The notes under the pieces were generated by a model, which searched no databases, was not told where the DNA came from, and saw only the letters and a program-made list of their open reading frames with translations. DNA of 64,000 bases, from contig VEPG01000056.1 of NCBI GenBank assembly GCA_012026975.1, forward strand, positions 3,871 to 67,870, in the 5' to 3' direction. The position numbers were made by a program, and so were the translations under genes. This DNA comes from Desulfuromonas sp. GTDB lineage: Bacteria > Desulfobacterota > Desulfuromonadia > Desulfuromonadales > BM103. Below, one piece after another: positions 44,706-54,200 of the stretch; the first letter of the stretch is position 1; each line of letters starts with the position of its first letter.

Positions 44706-46217
44706 ATGACCAAGGAACTGGTGATCAACACCACGTCGCACGAGACGCGTGTGGCGCTACTGGAGAGCGGGCACATCGCCGAGCTCTACATCGAGCGCAG
44801 CCGCGAGCGGAGCATCGTCGGCAACATCTACCGCGGCCGGGTGATCAGGGTCCTGCCGGGGATGCAGGCCGCCTTCGTCGACATCGGCCTCGACAAGGCC
44901 GCCTTCCTGTACGTCGCCGATGTGCTTGACGAGATGGAGGCGGTCGAGCAGTTCATCGAGGCCGGGCAACCCCCACGTCAACCGGGGGAGGAAAACGGCG
45001 ACGAGCGTCCGCCGTTGCCGCCGATCGAGGAACTGCTCCAGGAAGGGCAGGAAATCGTGGTCCAGGTCGCCAAGGACCCGATCGGCACCAAGGGGGCGCG
45101 CATCACCGCGCACATCTCCCTGCCGGGCCGCAATCTGGTGTACATGCCGACCGTCGACCATGTCGGCATCTCACGGCGCATCGAAAACGAGGAGGAGCGC
45201 CTGCGTCTGCGCCACCTGGTGGATATCATGCGCCTGGAGGGGACCGGTTTCATCATCCGCACCGCCGCCGAGGGGAAGAGTGCCGACGAACTGAAGGCCG
45301 ACATGGACTACCTGGTGGCCATGTGGGAACAGATCGACCAGCATCGCGTCGACCGCGGCGCACCGTGCCTGATCCACTCCGACCTCGACGTCACCAGCAA
45401 GGTGCTGCGCGACATCCTCACCGAGGACGTCTCGCGGATCGTGGTTGACAGCGCCGAGGAGTACCGCAAGATTCTCAGCTTTCTTGACACCTTCATGCCG
45501 GGGCAGCAGTTCCGCGTCGATCACTACCAGGAAGACGAACCGATCTTCGATACCTTCGGGCTGGAGGTCGAGATTGCCCGGGCGCTGGGGCGCAAGGTCT
45601 GGCTGAAAAGCGGCGGGCACATCATCATCGACCAGGCCGAGGCCCTGACTGCCATCGATGTCAACACCGGACGCTTCGTCGGCAAGCACAACCTCGAGGA
45701 CACCATCCTCAAGACCAACCTCGAGGCCATCAAGGAGATCGCCTTTCAGCTCCGGCTGCGCAACATCGGCGGGCTGATCATCATCGACTTCATCGACATG
45801 GAGAAGGAGCCGCATCGGGAGAAGGTCCACGGTGCCCTGGAAGAGGCCCTCAAGAACGACAAAGCCAAGACCAACATCCTCAAGATCTCCGAACTCGGCC
45901 TGGTGGAGATGACCCGCAAGCGGGTGCGCGAGAGCATCGGCCGCATTCTCTGTGAGCCGTGCCCCTATTGCGAGGGGAAAGGCTCCGTCAAGAGCAAGAC
46001 CACCATGGTCTACGAGATCTTCCGCGAACTGCAGCGCGAGATGCGCAACTCTCCCGGCTACCGGATGACGCTCAATGTCCACCCGAATATTGCCGCGCTG
46101 CTGTACGACGAGGAACGGAGCGGCATCGAAGAGCTGGAAAAGCGTCACCAGAAGCAGATCGCCATCCACGCCCGCCCCGGCTTCCACGTCGAGCAGTTCG
46201 AGATCCTGGTGGGCTGA
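44706..46217 (+). CDS. rng: ribonuclease G (RNase E/G family)
   Basis: S1 domain NIYRGRVIRVLPGMQAAFVDIG, followed by an RNase E/G catalytic core. 503 aa, without an RNase E scaffold tail. Confidence 0.85.
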   Translation: MTKELVINTTSHETRVALLESGHIAELYIERSRERSIVGNIYRGRVIRVLPGMQAAFVDIGLDKAAFLYVADVLDEMEAVEQFIEAGQPPRQPGEENGDERPPLPPIEELLQEGQEIVVQVAKDPIGTKGARITAHISLPGRNLVYMPTVDHVGISRRIENEEERLRLRHLVDIMRLEGTGFIIRTAAEGKSADELKADMDYLVAMWEQIDQHRVDRGAPCLIHSDLDVTSKVLRDILTEDVSRIVVDSAEEYRKILSFLDTFMPGQQFRVDHYQEDEPIFDTFGLEVEIARALGRKVWLKSGGHIIIDQAEALTAIDVNTGRFVGKHNLEDTILKTNLEAIKEIAFQLRLRNIGGLIIIDFIDMEKEPHREKVHGALEEALKNDKAKTNILKISELGLVEMTRKRVRESIGRILCEPCPYCEGKGSVKSKTTMVYEIFRELQREMRNSPGYRMTLNVHPNIAALLYDEERSGIEELEKRHQKQIAIHARPGFHVEQFEILVG

Positions 46218-46218
46218 A

Positions 46219-46266
46219 ACGTAGAGAACGCATTGACGTAGAGACGCATTGCAATGCGGCTCTACG
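46219..46266. repeat. three copies of a 15-17-nt motif (two direct, one inverted) forming a long hairpin
   Basis: acgtagagaacgcattg (46219-46235), acgtagagacgcattg (46236-46251), and the inverted caatgcggctctacg (46252-46266). Copies 2 and 3 pair over about 11 bp with one mismatch. No T-run follows. Confidence 0.75.
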
Positions 46267-46284
46267 AATTGATCGGGAACAGAT

Positions 46285-47721
46285 ATGACCACCAGACATT
46301 GCCATTGCCTTGCCCTCCTGCTGATTGCCACCCTCTTCACCGCCGCCTGCCAGCGCGAGGAAGCACCGCCGGTTACAGCGGTGAAACCGCAGCCGCCGGC
46401 TGCCGCCGGCAGCGAAACCCGGCCCGCCCCGGTTCCACCCGCGGAAAGTCCCGCCGCATCAATCCCGGCTCAGGCCCCGACACCGCCAGCGGAGCCTGCC
46501 GCGGGCGTTTCCGGCCCGGTGATTTTCATGGAACAGGGGATTGTTCTGGCTCGCGGCGAGACGCTGGCCGATGCCCTGCCGGTCTGGCGGCGCTTCGCCG
46601 CGCAAAAGCCCGCGCTGCTGCTCCTCTCCAACGACCCGGCCCTGCTGCCGCCGCCGCCTGAACTGCAGCCGAGGATTGCCGAGACGCTGGCCAACGCGAC
46701 GGACGCGGCCGTGCGCCAGGCCGGCAATCCTCTGCAGCCGGCGCCGCTCTTCCTCCCGGTGATGAGCGGCGATCTCGCCCTGCGCCAGGGTTGGCTGCGG
46801 GAGCTGATCTGGGCATTCCCGTTTCCCGACTCCGCCCAGGAACTCAATCTGGACAAGCTGCGCGAGCAACTGACCGCCAACCGCCTGGCTGACGCCGACG
46901 AAGCGGCCACCCTGCAGCTGGACGGCAAGGTCTTCAACGGCAAGCTGCGCGGCTTGCCGTTCCGCGCCGGGGCGCTGTCCAACCTGCCGAAGCTGGACGG
47001 CCCGCTGATCGTGCACATCGACCTGAGCTACCTGCAGAAGCTCTACAAGAACGAGATCGCCACCCCGGTCATCCCGCTGGCGGGAAGCGTCCTGCAGCAA
47101 CTCAAGGAACGCAAACTCCCGGTGCTGGCCGTGACCTTCTCCTACAACCACGCCGACGGCAACATCCCGCTGGACGTGCGCTTTCTCGGCGAGTTCATCA
47201 GCGCCCTGACGGAGAAGCCCGAGCGGCTGGGACAACCCCTGCCCAAGCGCTGGGCCGCCCAGAAGGACATCCTCTACCTGGAGAATTTTTTCCAGAAGGA
47301 CGAGATCCGCAAACTGGTCGAACAGCAGGCCCAGGAATCGCCGAAAGCTGCCTGGGTGCAGTACAACCGCTACCATACGGCCGGATTGTTCAAGGAATTA
47401 CAGCCGGCGCTGGCCAACCTGGCGCACAGCGTGGCGTTCGACCGGATGTACGGTCTGGAGTACCTGCAGCTGGCTCAGCGGGCCTTCGAAAACAAGGCTC
47501 CCGACCAGGCGCTGCGCATGATGCAGATGGCCGCCGCCACCTTCCCGGAGAATCCGTTCATCAAGCTGCAGATAGCGCAACTGGCGATGGAGAACGGGGA
47601 CAAGCAGACCGCCGGAAAACTGATCAGGGAACTGCAGAAACTCCCCTGGTCGTCAGTTTACTACCCGGAGATGCCGAAGTATCTGGAAGGATTTCTGGCG
47701 GAGGCGGAGAAGAGCAAGTAG
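46285..47721 (+). CDS. hypothetical lipoprotein with Pro-rich linker and TPR-like C-terminus
   Basis: The signal LALLLIATLFTAAC has a lipobox-like end. Pro/Ala-rich region at about residues 25-75. The C-terminal helical repeats (AFENKAPDQALRMMQMAAATFPENPFIKLQIAQLAMENGDKQTA) are TPR-like. Confidence 0.55.
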   Translation: MTTRHCHCLALLLIATLFTAACQREEAPPVTAVKPQPPAAAGSETRPAPVPPAESPAASIPAQAPTPPAEPAAGVSGPVIFMEQGIVLARGETLADALPVWRRFAAQKPALLLLSNDPALLPPPPELQPRIAETLANATDAAVRQAGNPLQPAPLFLPVMSGDLALRQGWLRELIWAFPFPDSAQELNLDKLREQLTANRLADADEAATLQLDGKVFNGKLRGLPFRAGALSNLPKLDGPLIVHIDLSYLQKLYKNEIATPVIPLAGSVLQQLKERKLPVLAVTFSYNHADGNIPLDVRFLGEFISALTEKPERLGQPLPKRWAAQKDILYLENFFQKDEIRKLVEQQAQESPKAAWVQYNRYHTAGLFKELQPALANLAHSVAFDRMYGLEYLQLAQRAFENKAPDQALRMMQMAAATFPENPFIKLQIAQLAMENGDKQTAGKLIRELQKLPWSSVYYPEMPKYLEGFLAEAEKSK

Positions 47722-47852
47722 GAGCAAGGGGATACTTCTAGCGATGTCCCTCTTTAATCCTTTTAATCACGCGCAGAGGCACTCAACGGGGCGCCTCGCG
47801 GAAAACCTGCAATATTGATGTATACTTAAGGCACTTCTCGGGAGGTGCCCCC

Positions 47853-48641
47853 ATGCGCAAAACTCTCTTCAATATCACCAAGATCTTGCTCTGCCTGCTT
47901 GCCGGCCTGACCCTCCCCGCTTTTGCCGTCGATCGTCCACCGGCCGACTACACCGATCCGGTGACCGGCATGGAGTTCATGGCGATTCCGGGTGGAACCT
48001 TCACGATGGGTGACAATCAAGACAAAACGGCAAGCCCGGCACACGAGGTAACGATCAAACCGTTTTTGCTCGGTCGGTTCGAGGTAACCTTCGAGCAGTA
48101 TGCCAAGTTCTGTTCGAGTACCGGACGACTGATTCCCTCCGATAGCGGTTGGGGGATGGCCGACCGGCCTGTAATCAACGTGTCCTGGCAGGACGCCGTC
48201 GATTTCACCAAGTGGCTGTCGGAAAAGAGCGGCAAGACGTTTCGCTTACCAAGCGAGGCTGAATGGGAGTATGCGGCACGCGACGGAGCAAAGACGCAGT
48301 TCCCGTGGGGGGACGAGATTGGGGTGAATCGGGCCAACTGCAACGGTTGCGGCAGTCCGTGGGATGGCCGCATGACTGCAACGGTCGGTTCCTTTACGCC
48401 AAATAGTTACAGTCTTTACGACATGATCGGCAACGTCTACGAATGGTGTCTGGATGCCCGGCACGATAATTACCTTGGGGCACCGGCCGATGGGTCGGCG
48501 TGGGAGGATGCGAAGGAAAATTTTCACATGACCCGTGGCGGTTCCTGGTACCTGCCACCGGCTGAGATGACCATCATCCGTCGTTGCTGGGCGAATGATG
48601 GACGACGTGAAATCGGGTTTCGGGTCGTTCTTGAAAAATAA
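47853..48641 (+). CDS. formylglycine-generating-enzyme (SUMF1/FGE-sulfatase) family protein, secreted
   Basis: Signal peptide, then MEFMAIPGGTFTMGD...RLPSEAEWEYAARDG...NVYEWC...RGGSW, the classic FGE-family motifs. Confidence 0.8.
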   Translation: MRKTLFNITKILLCLLAGLTLPAFAVDRPPADYTDPVTGMEFMAIPGGTFTMGDNQDKTASPAHEVTIKPFLLGRFEVTFEQYAKFCSSTGRLIPSDSGWGMADRPVINVSWQDAVDFTKWLSEKSGKTFRLPSEAEWEYAARDGAKTQFPWGDEIGVNRANCNGCGSPWDGRMTATVGSFTPNSYSLYDMIGNVYEWCLDARHDNYLGAPADGSAWEDAKENFHMTRGGSWYLPPAEMTIIRRCWANDGRREIGFRVVLEK

Positions 48642-48687
48642 GGTTTGCTTCGGAGCGACCAAACAACACCACGATCCGCGTTTATTT

Positions 48688-51150
48688 TTACTGCAAGGAC
48701 GTTGCCTCCCGCTTCTCACGATTAAAGCTTTCCAGGATTTCCTGAACGGCCTGCTCTTTTTCTTCGGGTGAGTTACCGAGTCCCGTGAGGGGCAGAGTCT
48801 GTCTTTCCCGTTGAACCACACCGTACAAATCTGCCCGATTTTGATCTGCCCGTCTCATTCTGAGAAGCTGGTCGGCAAGATTGTAGCGACTTGAGTATTC
48901 AAGGATTGGAAAAAGATCTGTGTTCAGGTCTGCGTCACGGGCAAAGGCTTTAACGGTCTTTCCGGAAAAGAGATAATGCTTGGACAGCAAATCTGCAGGG
49001 GTTTCGGTGACACTGAGCCGGCCTTGAAAATACCGGGCAAGTCGATATTTGACCCCCTGATAGTGAATCCCGACTTCGTCAACAGAACCGAGCATAAACA
49101 GGTCGGGTCCATTAATAAACAGGTGGACACCGGGGAAAACTTCAGCGAAAGTTCTCAGCAAGACCTTCAGATTTTCCTGAGACAGATCGTAAAGCGGTAT
49201 CCACTGACAGAAAAGTCCTCCCGGATTTAGGCGTTCCCGGACAATCTGGAAGAACTCCAGGGTGAAAAGATTGGCGTTACCGGCCTGCCAGGGATTTGAC
49301 GGTTCAGAGATAACCACATCGTATTTGCCTGGGTGCAACAGCAAAAAATTCCGGGCATCCTGCAAATAGGTCGTGACCCGCGAATCGGATCTGGAATTCA
49401 GATTGACCTCTTGGAAGTAATCCGCTGCCTTCATCACTGCCGGGGAAATCTCCACGCAATCGATCCTTCGCGCCGGATACTGGGCAACTGCGCCGAGAGT
49501 CACGCCGGTGCCAAGGCCTATCACCAAGACATCCTGCGGATTGGGATGAATCAGGATTGGCAACTGCCCGAGCAGAATCTGGGTCGCCATATCCCTGGTT
49601 CCTCCATCGACCTTGCCATTGACGGTAAAGTACCGGACTCCGTTGTTCATATCCTCCATGACTGCGACCGTTGCATCCAAGCCTTCAATACTTTCGAGCA
49701 ACTGCTGACGGGCCAACCGCCCTTGAAAAGCAGTTTTCGGATCTCCCTCTGAAACATAGTAATAGTAGACTCCGCTGTTCATCAATTTGGCATCCCAACG
49801 AAATGGCAAGCCGATCATCACTATCGCCACAACAACCGCTCCCCCCAGCCAGCACTGGGCAGAAGCTACCATCGTTCGATAGAGACCGATGGTTATCGCA
49901 CTCCCAAGTAGCAGCAAAAAGGCTGCCGTCAGCTTGAAACCATTCTGTAATCCAACGGCAGGAACAATCCAAAACGCACCGACCAGGCTCCCCACTACTG
50001 CTCCGAGAGTATTGTAAAGAACAACCTTTCCGACCCGTTCGCCCATGCCTTGCGTATCAGGAGAATGAATCGCCATTGCCGCCGGAAACATGGCCCCAGA
50101 GAGCAGGGCCGGAGGCCCGATGACCAGAAAGACGATCGGCAGCGCCGCAAACACATAAAACCACCAATTCTGGCCTGACATCTGGTTGATGGTCAGAAGT
50201 GCATAGGGAATCTGATCGTAGAAGGGAAGTGTTCCGAGGACGTAAAGGCCGGACAGGATCGCAAGACCGGCGAAAAGGGTCGGGAGATTACGAAATTTCT
50301 TCTGCAACGGCACAAAAGCCGCGCTGCCAATTGCCATGCTGATCAAGTAGACAGAGAGAATGCTCGCAAAGGCATAGGTGGAATTTCCCAGAAATAAGAC
50401 CATCACCCGGTTCCACAACAGTTGCAGGGAGAGGGCACAACTTCCGGCGAGAAAAGTCCCGGCAAGGATCGGTGTGGAGGTGTTCTCTGGCGTCGACGTG
50501 CGTTCCGGTACGACCGGTTCATGAAAATCAAGCGGGCGTCGACTCCACCAAAAGAATACGACCGCAAGCCCCATATTGATAACATAGGCAAAAATCTCCG
50601 TACAGGAAAGCCCCCAGTACGGTATCAGGACATACCCGGCCAGAAATGCGCCGACCGCCGCGCCGACAACATTGACTGCATACAACAAGCTGATCTCTCT
50701 AGGGAAGTCTCCTCGTTTCAGCAGACTGCCGACAACCGGCAAGGTTCCCCCCATGCACAAGGTCGGCGGCAACAGGAGCAGCGAAGAGAAACCTAACAGC
50801 AAAATCGTGGAGAGGGCCGAGGCAATTGAAAATTGCCCATGCAGGGCGACATAACCAGATTCGACCCCGTGCAGGGCCGGTCGGAAGAGCATGGCGGAAA
50901 GGGCGATCCCCAATTCCAGGAGAGCATAGAGGCGCAGGGGATTGCGTATCCGGTCGGCAATCCGCCCGAAGAGCGCGCCACCCAGGGCCAACCCGCCCAT
51001 AAAGGTCGCCACGACAATCCCCACCGCCCAGATCGTCGAGCCGAACGTCAGGGAGAGATACCTGGTCCACAGCACCTCGAGGACCAGTGCGGAAAACCCG
51101 GAGCCACAAAGTGCGACCAATAACGTGTTTTTGTAAGGGGTTGACATCAT
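48688..51150 (-). CDS. fused polytopic membrane (MFS-like) / spermidine-synthase-like methyltransferase-fold protein
   Basis: The N-terminal ~480 aa contain many TM helices. A PABS-like domain follows (VLVIGLGTGVTLGAVAQY...DVVISEPSNPWQAGNANLFTLEFF), then a ~150-aa tail. GC is visibly lower than in the flanks. Confidence 0.7.
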   Translation of the reverse strand: MMSTPYKNTLLVALCGSGFSALVLEVLWTRYLSLTFGSTIWAVGIVVATFMGGLALGGALFGRIADRIRNPLRLYALLELGIALSAMLFRPALHGVESGYVALHGQFSIASALSTILLLGFSSLLLLPPTLCMGGTLPVVGSLLKRGDFPREISLLYAVNVVGAAVGAFLAGYVLIPYWGLSCTEIFAYVINMGLAVVFFWWSRRPLDFHEPVVPERTSTPENTSTPILAGTFLAGSCALSLQLLWNRVMVLFLGNSTYAFASILSVYLISMAIGSAAFVPLQKKFRNLPTLFAGLAILSGLYVLGTLPFYDQIPYALLTINQMSGQNWWFYVFAALPIVFLVIGPPALLSGAMFPAAMAIHSPDTQGMGERVGKVVLYNTLGAVVGSLVGAFWIVPAVGLQNGFKLTAAFLLLLGSAITIGLYRTMVASAQCWLGGAVVVAIVMIGLPFRWDAKLMNSGVYYYYVSEGDPKTAFQGRLARQQLLESIEGLDATVAVMEDMNNGVRYFTVNGKVDGGTRDMATQILLGQLPILIHPNPQDVLVIGLGTGVTLGAVAQYPARRIDCVEISPAVMKAADYFQEVNLNSRSDSRVTTYLQDARNFLLLHPGKYDVVISEPSNPWQAGNANLFTLEFFQIVRERLNPGGLFCQWIPLYDLSQENLKVLLRTFAEVFPGVHLFINGPDLFMLGSVDEVGIHYQGVKYRLARYFQGRLSVTETPADLLSKHYLFSGKTVKAFARDADLNTDLFPILEYSSRYNLADQLLRMRRADQNRADLYGVVQRERQTLPLTGLGNSPEEKEQAVQEILESFNREKREATSLQ

Positions 51151-51210
51151 TATTGATAGTTGTTACACACCCTTGCCGCGAAGACAAGTTGCAGACTGGA
51201 TATTATCGAC

Positions 51211-51251
51211 AAAAAGCCCCTGTCCGGAGCATTCCGAACAGGGGCTTTTTT
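51211..51251 (-). terminator. rho-independent terminator closing the giant-cytochrome gene string
   Basis: aaaaagcccctgt (51211-51223) and acaggggctttttt (51238-51251), with A- and T-runs on both sides. Lies 18 nt downstream of stop 51269. Confidence 0.85.
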
Positions 51252-51268
51252 CGTCTACCGGGTACGGA

Positions 51269-54200
51269 CTACCACGGCGTCGCCGTGTTCCACCCAGGTT
51301 CATCCCCCGCATCCGTCGTAGCGCCGTTGCCATTGGCATCGATGCGACGGTGGCAGTTCTGGGCACTGGTCGTGTAGGCAAGTTGCTTGCTTCCCGTCGA
51401 ATCCAAAGCCGCCCAGGTGGTCCAGTTGGTATCGCTGGCGAACTGGTCGTCCCAGGTATTGAGCCGGGTATCGAGGCAGTTGGTGATCATCAGCCGCGGC
51501 AAGCGTGAGGCATGCGGGGTATGACACTTTGAACAACTGAAGCTGTGGTAGTCGGCGTTGACCGAGGTCCCGGTGATATCGAGATTGGTCAAACCGGTAC
51601 CCGCCGTACCCCATTTGAATTCGGCAGCTGTATACCCATAACGCGTACCGCTTCCGCCCACGCGCGGGGCATTCATCGAAATGTCAGGCGCCGTTGCCAA
51701 GTCTTGCGAGCGGAAGCCACCCATCCAACTCTTGCCGGTATCCTGATAGTCCGTGACCCCCTGGTAAGCCATGTACGGCCGGGTGACGCGGGCGTTGCCG
51801 CTCCCCGTCGGCAGACCGCGCTTGGAGGCGCCGAAGATGTTGCGCGCGGCCGTGGTGTCGTTGGTAAAGCCCTTCACCGAGTTGTTATGACCGATCCAGG
51901 CGGTCTGGATACTGGCCTGAGCATGACACAGGTTGCACAGGCCGTCGTTGGTGGCGTAGGCGTAGGTGGCGTTCGGGCTGGCGTTGTTCTGATCGATCTG
52001 GTAACCGCCATTGCCGGTTGTTGTAAGGCCACCACGCGGCACCGCACCATAGACGTTATCCGTCTGGGCAAAGGTCACACCTGCCTTCGGCGCCCCGTCT
52101 TCCTTGTAACCACTGGGCCGCCAGGTGCCGCGCAGGTAGGGTTTGCCGGAGGCCGTATCGCCAGTCGTCTTATTCAGGTCGTGGACATCGTGGCAGTAAG
52201 AGCAAACCACGAAATCCACAGTCTCCTTGGTGGTCCCCACGGTGGAACCGGTATCGTGGGACGACCAGCGGGCATGTCTTGTCGACGGTTTGGCGCTCAG
52301 GATACCGTTCTTATAGGTGAAGAGGGCGCTGCTCCAAGTGCCGGCGGCGTCGAACCAGCTCTTCTTGTTGTAGCTACCGTAGTTGTAAGTGCCGCCGTTA
52401 TTGGTCCCCCATTCGGAAATATCACCGGCATCGGCCAAAGACCCGTTGTTGTTCTGGTCATGGCAGTTCCAGCACATTTCCGGTTCGGTGGCCCCCGAAG
52501 TTGATGTGCCGCCAATGAAGAGGGCGCCATGTTCACCACTCGAGAGCACGTAGTTGATGCCAACGGTCGTATTATTGGCAATGGTGATAACGCCGGTTCC
52601 GGTCTTATGGAACGGATGGCACTTGCCGCACTGGGAATCCCAATTGGTCGAAGTGGTAATTGTGTCTCCCGTCAGGGCTTTCAAATGCGAGCCATAGACG
52701 GTCGTCTTACCCGTAGCGTTGCCTGTCGGCCAGACCACCACCGGCCCTGAGCCGCCAGGGCCATGACAGCCACTGCAGCCACCACCCTTGAAGCCGTCGC
52801 TGTGCTTGTGGCAGGTGGTACAGCGGGTACCGGTGTTGTGCGTATTGGTTTCGTTGATCCCCCGCCGGTAGTAACCGGCCTTGGTCTGGTTGTGGCAGAT
52901 CTCGCAGATGCCGTTGGTCGCCGTACTGACGCCGTAGCTGTTGGTGGCGTTGCCAGTAAGCGCGGTGAAGGTCACCGCCGTGATATTCGCCGTATCCTGC
53001 GGCGTACCGTAACTGTCGGAGCCAATCGTGGCATCCGTCGAGGTGAGCGGCGCCGAGATGTGGCTGCGGACCATATAGTAGTTGGTGTCGCCGTGTGGGT
53101 CGTGGCAGTCGACGCACTTGTAGTCATAGTTATTAGGCCATGTTTTAGTGCTGCCGGTTATTGCCTTGGTATGCGCTTGGATAGTCGGCGTATCGTGGCA
53201 ACCGGCCTGCAGGCAGAGTCCGTTGGTGTTGGTGGCATAGGCGCCGAGCCGGAACGGATCGGTGGCCGAGGCCGCCGGGGAATGCTGTGCAGCGCTGCTG
53301 TGGCAGGTGTAGCAGCCTGGGGTCGCCGTACCGGTGTAGGAAGACAGGTTGGCAGCCGCATTGCTACTCCAGGTATAAGCCGTCGTGCGGCCATGACCAT
53401 ACGTATTGTACTGACCGGTGAAGGTCACCGGGTTGGGGATCGTGTCGATGGCCGGCTTGGTGGTGCCGGTCTCGGTCGCGGCCAGGCCGCCGCCGTGGCA
53501 GTCGAAGCAGCCGTTGGTCAAGGTGCCGCCCCAGGTCGGGGTCGCCCCGCCGTGGCAGACCGTGGCGGCACAGGTGCCGTCGTCAAGATGGGTGGCACCG
53601 GCGGCATTATAGTTGACCCCGCCGGCAGTGCTGGCGGTGTCGGTGTAGGTGCCCGCACCGCTATTCATATAGAAATTCACCGTCAGATTCTGGTGCAGTC
53701 CGCCGCCGCCACCCGTGGCCGTGTAGACCGATGCCCCACGGCTCCCTGAGACGTTGTAGGTGGCATTGCCGTGGCAATTATCGCAGTCGGTGTAGGTGGC
53801 ATCGTTGTTGGCATGGGCAGCATGACTGCGGCCGACGCTGGCCGCGCTCGGCAGCGGGCCGGTGCCGCCGGTGTTGTGGCAGCTGCCGCAGGTGACCGTC
53901 GCACTCCACTGCGGCGTGGTCACGCCGTTATGGCAGATGACATTGTTGCAGGTGGTGCTGGCACCGACGAGCGCGCCGTTGCGGGCAGCCGCGGCCGCTT
54001 CGTAATTCATTGCGGTGGCGAAGTTCAGGTCATCGGCGCCGTTGATGTGGTTGGCGCCGGTCGCCACACCGCCGCTGGTTGCCGTCGAGTTGTGACAGTT
54101 GAAGCACTCGTTGACGTTGGTGGCGTTCGGCAGCGAGTTGGAAGCCAGATGCTGGCTATGTTTGTTGGTGGCCATCGCCTCCAGATGGCAGATCGCGCAG

